DNA of 64,000 nt from Octopus vulgaris (lineage: Eukaryota): positions 30,256,001 to 30,320,000 of the forward strand of contig OX597823.1 of NCBI GenBank assembly GCA_951406725.2. The letters are read 5' to 3'. The translations under genes and the position numbers were made by a program. This document shows, one piece after another, positions 56,573-64,000 of this stretch. The stretch's first letter is position 1. Every line of letters begins with the position of its first letter. The notes below the pieces were generated by a model, which saw only the letters and a list, made by a program, of their open reading frames with translations, searched no databases and was not told where the DNA came from.

Positions 56573-58007
56573 ACACTGAAATCCTTGACTGCACGTTTTG
56601 ATCTCTATTACTTTCGTTTTGCTTTTCTTTTTTTTTTCAATAAAATAGTGTTTAACTATTAATAGTGAGACACTGTGGATATATTTTCTAGGTAAACTTA
56701 CCTCGCGGTGAGGAATGCGAAGTGATGTGTTTGTAAAATGCTGTTCTATGAAAGAAACGAGTGAACTGCAAAAAACTTTGAGAGCTTCTGATCAACAATT
56801 ACTGCAACAACTTTATCCTCCTTGTTTTTTTTTTCTTTCTTTTCTTGTGTGTGTGTGTGTGTGTGTGTGTGTTTAGTTAGTTGGTCACTGGGTCTCACTC
56901 TTTACTTTCTTCTCTCCCTTTTATTCTTTCACAGGCCGGTTCATTCGAACTCGAATCAAAAACTTTTTCGTTAACTTCGTGTATTCTGAAATGTTATTTA
57001 TGTATTTTAGTCACTGAATATGAATATTCTAAAAGAAGAGGAAGTTATTAAGTGCCTCTCTAAAAGATAGTAGAGCATTGGGTTCAAATGAGTTGTTTGC
57101 TTTTTACTCGCTTGCCTAATTTAGAGCAAACTAACAAAGTATTCGGAGGTACTCAGTACATAAAAATTAATTAATTATAAAAAGTTATTTATGTACATTT
57201 TAATCTATGATGGTTAATATAAATTTATTAGAACTAGAGGAAGTTATTAAGTACTTCTTTATTTAATAAATTTATTCAAGGAAAAAATTCAACGGAAAAA
57301 TGTCGAAAACATCCTCAAGGGTTAATAATTACCACTTCAGATTGTGTTTTGACACATTTTAAAATATATTTATTGTTTTTACGACGCAACCAGCTGCGCC
57401 TCGCGGCACATCAATGTTAGGCACTACTTAAGAGCCATAGTGGTAGGGTGTAGCCTAAGGGATATTTTCCTGATCTATTTCTAGCGGACTGAGTGATTCA
57501 CAGAGAGTATAATGCTCTGTGTGACTTGTGTAAATATATAAATATATTGTGGGCAAGTGTACGTGGAGAATGCTGCTGGTGTGTTTCCATTTGAGTTATG
57601 AGTTTGTGTTTAATTATATGAAGATACGTGGTTAAGGTTGTTGCACTCACGGGCGTCAGATTATGGGTTCGATTCTCGTACCGTGCAGTGAGTTGTGTTC
57701 TTTAGCGAAACTCATCATTTCCACTTAATCTAGTTAATCACTCATTCCTGATCTGGGAATGAAACCCACGGTTTTGCGATCGTTGGTGGAACACCTCAAC
57801 CACTGAGCGACACGGCTTCACGGTACTACAAATGGTGGAAATTAAGGGGATTTACATGAATGGTTGATACCAAGAATTGGACAGACTTAAAAGACAATGA
57901 ATGTACGGTAAAGAACAAGACGGCGGTCTATGGTATTGTACTTGTTGAGAGTGTGCGATATATGGTGATGACGTTGTTGGTTTTGTTAGGGGTGATGCGG
58001 CTGCAGT

Positions 58008-58064
<57 letters not shown>

Positions 58065-58479
58065 CGACGACGACGACGACGACGATGATGATGAAGAAGT
58101 CGATGGTGATGATATAAATGTGTAGTAGTGTCGTTTAATTGGTGTATATAACTATGTACTCGTGTGCGTTTGTATGTATGCAAGCCGTATAGCATATTAT
58201 TAAGTGTCGTATGTCAGAACACCATCCAGTCTTCTGTTCTCTTTGTACCAATGTCCAGTCGGTTCAACTGGCTGTCCAGGTCTTCATTGAGTCTATGTCT
58301 CACATTGTACAGTTCCACGTTTTACTGTTTTGTCGTTTCGTTGTCGGTTTCCTTTACGGTCGCCACCAAGACTAGATATGCATATCGAGTTTTACAAAGA
58401 TAAATCTGTGATCTGTCCAGCGTTCTGCTTTTGTCCTCTTAACATACCCCTGTCCCGTCTCCTGACAATGATCTCAAAT

Positions 58480-59016
58480 AGATGCCAATGTTTTCCGCCT
58501 TGACGCATTCAGGACATCTTTTAGCTGTTGGGCAGGCGAACGTCATCACCTGGCAAGACAAGGCCCCAGATATGGAGACCCTCCATCGAGCTGATCTGTC
58601 AAGCATTTATACGCTCCTGAGAAAAACACAAGACAAGTGGGCAGGCCATCTTGTTCGAATGCTTGACACAACTCTCCAAGAGACTGTTTTACAACGAACT
58701 TGCAGAATGTAAGCACATGCGAAGCAGACAGAAAAAACACTTCAAGGATACACTCAAAGCCTCGCTGAAGAGCTTTGAGATCAACCATGACACCTTGAAA
58801 ATGCAAGACCGCCCTGCCTGGCGAAAGGTACCACGTACTGTGAACAGAACAGGATTGCAAGGGCACAAAGAAAACACGCCCTCAGTCCCAGTTGACCACA
58901 AATCCCTGACTTACGGTAGAGCCTTTCTAATGCGTATCGGACTGATCGGACAAACCGTGCCCCGTCTTCTTCACCCATGTGATGTCCGTGGTTATCGTCG
59001 ACTATGACAGACGACC
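58480..59016 (+). mobile_element. RTE-clade LINE 3' fragment
   Basis: ITWQDK..KWAGHLVRM, frameshift, then LSKRLFYNEL..RQKKHFKDTLKASLK..QDRPAWRK..RIGLIG. Confidence 0.85.
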
Positions 59017-59018
59017 TA

Positions 59019-59901
59019 CGAGGCCTGATCAATAAGTATCCGGACTGTTACCATAGTAACGAAGCTAAAGCACATAGATTAAAGCCGCTTGACAAAGATT
59101 GACCTTGAACTCTGTTGTGAATGCGCACTAAGTTTTAACGTTCTAGCTCACTTCTGCTCTTTACAGCAGTACTTGGAAGGAAGGTGTGTAGCATGTGATC
59201 GCCGCATTGGCCATGATAGGAAAAGTTTTCATGGTGATACCTGCTCAGAGGCCTAGGCAAGGTTGCAGAAAGAGTATGGATAGAAGTGTATGAGCAGCAC
59301 ACAAGTCTATGAGTGGTTCAGACATTTCCAAGATGGCCGAAAAAATGTCAATATTGACGAACATTCTGGGAGACTCGCAACCAGCAGAACAGGGAAAAAC
59401 ATTACAGATGTGCGTGCAGCTGTGAGGGGAAGTTGTCGAATCTCCATCCATAATTTATCAGAGGTTAAGCAGATTAGTTACAGTATAATTCAGTCCATTA
59501 TCACTGAAGAGTTGGATATGAGACGCGTGTCTGCCAAGTTTGTGCCAAAACTGCTTTCAGCTGACCAAAAGGACACTCACGCTTTAGTTGCACAAGATCT
59601 CCTTGATTGTGTGGAGAACGATGTAAACTTTTGAAACATTTGTGTAGGTTGTCTGAGCAGGTATTGCCAAGCTTTTGGCAAAATTTGATGCAGATTCTCA
59701 GCTCGACTTTCTCTGCGACGATCGCATTCTATATACGTTCCTTCCAAGCACTGCCGTAAAACAACAGAAGTGAGCAAGAACATTAAAAATTGTGCGCATG
59801 CACAACAGAGTTCAAGGTCATACTGTGCCGAGCGACTTTACGCTGCATGCTTTTGCTTCGTTACTATGGCAACAGTCCGGATACTTATCGATCAGATCAT
59901 G
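59019..59901 (+). mobile_element. Mariner-derived non-autonomous element with very long inverted ends and TA TSD
   Basis: TA-cgaggcctgatcaataagtatccggactgtt ... aacagtccggatacttatcgatcagatcatg-TA. ORF 59290-59634 has VYEWFRHFQDGR and MRRVSAKFVPKLL. Confidence 0.88.
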
Positions 59902-60530
59902 TATTATTGATTGATGTTTATGTATATAAGATTATCTGTCCGTATGTCGTCTTCCTGTGTTCCAGTTGTTTGTAGAAGACACTTTATTTAGACATTCTGT
60001 TTATATAAATCCCCTTTTTAACCTAATCCTTAATTATTTTATCCGACGTTAATCATAGTAAATGGGGATAACGCCCATGGCTTTTGCGTCTCTACTTAAT
60101 CGCACCCTTTCCATCAAAGCTGAAACAGATGTATCTGATACTCTGCCTACCATCTTCTCGGTAATAATGTGAGCTGGCAGAAGACTCGGGTAACTGATAC
60201 GAATGCTTGTAGCAGAATCAGTTTCATTAAGGATACCGATTGAGCAAATGAGAGAGAGAGAAAGAGAGAGTAATTCAGCTATATCAAGTACGGCATAAAA
60301 TCTTGACTTATTTAAATTATCACTGTCTCTAGAGGATATATTATAATTACGAAATAGCAATTAAGACCAGTTCCATTTGAGAAGGGCAGATAATTTCAAG
60401 ATTCAAGAACTCACAAGAGATGACCTATCATGAAGAAAAAGTAACTCACTCCGCTACCCTTTTTCATCATTACAATAATCCCTCTCCCAATTATGCTGTC
60501 AATAAGTTTACCAAAATCAAACCGAAAATA

Positions 60531-61818
60531 TTGGGTTGTCCGGAAAGTTCGTGTCGATTTTTAAAGAACAGAAAAATGTCAATAAATACTTGCCATTACA
60601 TACATTTTTAATCAACCAAAAATGAACCATTTTGTTACACAATGCGTCTCCATCTTTCCTTTAACTTGAAAATACCCTCTTCCCAGAAATGAGGTGGTTT
60701 TATGGCAAAGAATTCATCAAGGTATCTTTTTACGTCATCCAAGATATTGAAATTTTTACCATTATGACTATTCTGCAGAGACCTGAATAAGTGGAAATCC
60801 GAAGGAACAATATCTGGTGAACATAGAGGGTGTGATAACACATTCCAGCCGAGCAGCAGCAATTTTTGTCTGGATCCCAAAGAAACGTGCGGTCTCGCAT
60901 TATCATGTTGGAAAACAACATTCTTCCGGTTAGCCAATTCTGGACGTTTCTCTTGAATTGCTGCTTTTAACTCGTCCAGTTGTGTGCAGTATTTCTCAGA
61001 ATTAATTGTCTGGTTACTTGGGAAAAGCTCATAGTACAGAATTCCTTTCCAATCCCACCAGACAGAAAGCAAGACTTTTTTAGGATGAAGAACCGCTTTT
61101 GGGGTGGTTAAGGGTGGCTCATGTCGCTTACTCCAGGATCGCTTTCTCTGAACATTTCGGTAGATAATCCATTTCTCATCACCTGTCACAATTTGCTTTA
61201 AAAAAGGTGCGTTTTCATTCCGTTTATAAAACGAATCACAGATGGAAATGCGATCCAAAAGGTTCTTCTCACTCAACTCATGTGGTACCCAAACATCGTA
61301 GCGCTTTGTGTACCCAAGCTTTACCAGGTGCTCATGAACGACGGATTTTGATAGGTTGAGGCTTTCTGCCAATTCTTGGGTTGTGAAATGTGGGTTATTC
61401 TCAATTAATGACTTGATTTGGTCATCATCTGTAGTGGATGGTCTGTCTGGTCGCTCTTTATCAATAAGGCTACATCCTCCAGCTCGGAACCTTGCAAACC
61501 ACTTCCGTAAAGTTCTTTCGGATAAAGAAACATCACCGTAAACTGTGCATATTTCTTTGGTTGCTTGTGAGGCATTTTTCCCTTTACGGAAAAAGAAAAG
61601 CATCAAGTGCCGAAAATGAACTTTCTTATCTTCTATTTTAAATGGTTACAGAATTAAAATAGGTTGTAGGAGCATAAACCTTCTTCCACGAAAAGATAGC
61701 TTAAACTGTGCTCTAAATGGAGGTGGAGTCAAATCCTATTTTATGAACTCAACCATGTTCTAAAATAAGTCGAAAGGTAAGCTACTATAAATCGGCACGA
61801 ACTTTCCGGACAACCCAA
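60531..61818 (-). mobile_element. Full-length mariner transposon (1288 bp), probably mellifera-subfamily-like
   Basis: 30-bp TIRs ttgggttgtccggaaagttcgtgYcgattt with one mismatch. TA TSDs at 60529-60530 and 61819-61820. Confidence 0.96.
60635..61606 (-). CDS. Mariner DD34D transposase, nearly intact
   Basis: WVPHEL, TGDEKW, HDNARPH and CSPDIVPSDFHLF. Presumed original start reads ATA (61634-61636), and the TAA stop appears ~9 codons early. Confidence 0.85.
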   Translation of the reverse strand: MMLFFFRKGKNASQATKEICTVYGDVSLSERTLRKWFARFRAGGCSLIDKERPDRPSTTDDDQIKSLIENNPHFTTQELAESLNLSKSVVHEHLVKLGYTKRYDVWVPHELSEKNLLDRISICDSFYKRNENAPFLKQIVTGDEKWIIYRNVQRKRSWSKRHEPPLTTPKAVLHPKKVLLSVWWDWKGILYYELFPSNQTINSEKYCTQLDELKAAIQEKRPELANRKNVVFQHDNARPHVSLGSRQKLLLLGWNVLSHPLCSPDIVPSDFHLFRSLQNSHNGKNFNILDDVKRYLDEFFAIKPPHFWEEGIFKLKERWRRIV

Positions 61819-62803
61819 TAAAACACCAGACTTAAATGGATGACTCCCAAGCTATATACAAAAAACGGGTAAGACTTGGATCCTTGGATCCAAGCAGTGA
61901 GATTATTCGATAAAAATACTGAAATGCAATTTGGGATACATAATTATGCAATGCTAATTATACAGAAGGTCCGGAAGATAAACTTTGTCATAAAATTAGC
62001 ACAAAACATTAGATCGCTGTGGAATAATGAAGGAAACGAATACCTAGGAATTGTGCAAAATCTTTTCTACTCTAGGCACGAGGTCCGAAATTTTGGGGGA
62101 GGGGGAGTCGATTAGATCGACCCCAGGACGTAACTGGTACTTAATTCATCGGTCCCGAAAGGATGAAACGCAAAGTCGCCCTCGGCGGAATTTGAACTCA
62201 GAACGTAAAGACAGACGAAATACCGCTAAGCATTTCGCCCGGCGTGCTAATGTTTCTTATTTATTTATTGCCTACATGAGGCTAAACATAGACGGGACAA
62301 ACAAGGACAGACAAACGGATTAAGTTGATTATATCGACCCCAGTGCGTAACAGGTACTTATTTAATCGAACCCGAAAGGATGAAAGGCAAAGTCGACCTC
62401 GGCAGAATTTGAACTCAGAACGTAACAGCAGACGAAATGCCGCTAAGCATTTCGCCCGGCGTGCTAACGATTCTGCCAGCTCGCCACCTTAAAATAATAG
62501 GATAATGGATGGAGAAACGAAAGAGAAAATCACTAAAGAGTTCAAGAGGAGAATAAGGAATTAGGAATTAGGAAACAAAATTAAATGAAGAGAATATCAT
62601 TTAAGCAATAAATACATGGCTTATGCCCCAATATTGAGACTTTCTGATCCCTTCCTAAAATAAACAGAAACCGAGCTACAGAACTTGAACGCAACTGGAA
62701 AACTGCTCACAAAGATTTCGGGAGACTAACTGCTACCAAACCTCAAGATAACATTCCAAGCTTCATGATGATGATGATGATGATGATGATGACGACAATG
62801 ATA

Positions 62804-62840
<37 letters not shown>

Positions 62841-63287
62841 CGACGACGATGTACCCAATGATTATGATGAGGAGGAGGAAGAGGAAGATGAGGAAGGGGA
62901 TGTCGGTGACAACAACGACGATGATGATGCTGATGATAATAATAACAACAATAACAATTCCACTTAACTTAATTAGAACACATAACTGTTCCGTTATGAT
63001 CAAAACATTTGCCGGCCCTCGCACACACACACACACACTCACTCTCACACACACACACACATATACATACACATACATAAGTACATATATAACTGGGTAC
63101 ATACTTACCTATAAAGCATTTGCACGCAGATACTATAGGCGAATCATAAGCATATACATGCATAAATACACACACACATACACAAACACATACACACATA
63201 TGTATGTAATATGTATGATGCATGTGTATGCGTGTGCGTACACACACACATCCCCCCTCTCTCTCTCTCTCTCTCTTTCTCTTTTTG

Positions 63288-63417
63288 CTTACCAGCCACA
63301 CGGTTCTGGGTTCAGTTCCACTGCGTGACACCTTGGGCAAGTGTCTTCTACTATAGCCTCGGGCCGATCAAAGCCTTGTGAGTGGATTTGGTAGACGGAA
63401 ACTGAAAGACGCCTGTC

Positions 63418-63485
<68 letters not shown>

Positions 63486-63680
63486 TTGTCCCCCACCCAT
63501 CGCTTGACAAGCGATGTGTTTACATCTCCGTAACTTAGCATGTCGGCGAAACAGAATGATAGCATATAAGTACCAGGTTTACAAAGAATAAGTCCTGGGG
63601 TCGATTTGTTCGACTTAAGGCGGTGCTCCAGCATGGCCGCAGTCAAATGACTGAAACAAATAAAAGAATAAAAGAATAAA
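63288..63680 (+). mobile_element. SINE family B
   Basis: Core, (TG)n, tail and (aaagaata)n end. Confidence 0.9.
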
Positions 63681-63713
63681 TTTATATATATATATATTTA
63701 TTTATAGAGAGAC

Positions 63714-63744
<31 letters not shown>

Positions 63745-64000
63745 GACAGACAGAGAGAAAGAGATAGAGATATGTAGACAACCATTCAGGCAGGCAGGCA
63801 AGCAGGCAGACAGATAGATAAACATTATACACAGTCATATATTCATATCTGTATCTATATAGATGTGTATGTACGTGTATGTGTATATGTATGTGTGTGT
63901 GTGTGTGTGTTTGTACTTCATTTATGCCCCATATGTTACGCAAGCATCTACGCATTCAACCAGTAAATGCAACGCCTACACACTGTTTCTTTAAGTTTCC

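Larger units (their letters stand above)
60380..62760 (+). pseudogene. R4/Dong-type RT relic interrupted by the mariner and by SINE A (62060-62490, -)
   Basis: LTPLPFFIITIIPL..KFTKIKPKI | mariner | ..MDD..KLY..IQAVRLF..MQFGI..EYLGI | SINE | KEKITKEFKRRIR..AINTW. Confidence 0.7.

Overview
Repeat-saturated, AT-rich animal DNA. The tRNA-derived SINE families and extreme microsatellite density suggest an octopod cephalopod; this is inferred, not checked. I found no convincing host protein-coding exon, and most listed ORFs are microsatellite artefacts. Recognisable elements: one near-intact 1288-bp mariner (60531-61818) inserted at a TA inside an R4/Dong-type reverse transcriptase relic; three decayed mariners or mariner-derived MITEs; a 3'-truncated L1/Tx1-type LINE; CR1-, RTE- and R4/Dong-type LINE fragments; a decayed Gypsy pol; non-autonomous Helitrons; and dozens of SINEs. 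The most striking pattern is a set of non-coding fold-back (palindromic) elements with type I hammerhead ribozyme motifs facing outward on both arms. One is a ~4.4-kb almost spacerless palindrome (37715-42157). Another is a ~0.7-kb palindrome (11450-13528) whose right arm is interrupted by Helitrons. About seven further hammerhead-like motifs of the Penelope-associated minimal type occur elsewhere, one in a ~240-bp insertion whose empty site is visible in a separate ~5.2-kb inverted duplication (20639-25819). All RNA folds were read by eye and none has been tested.
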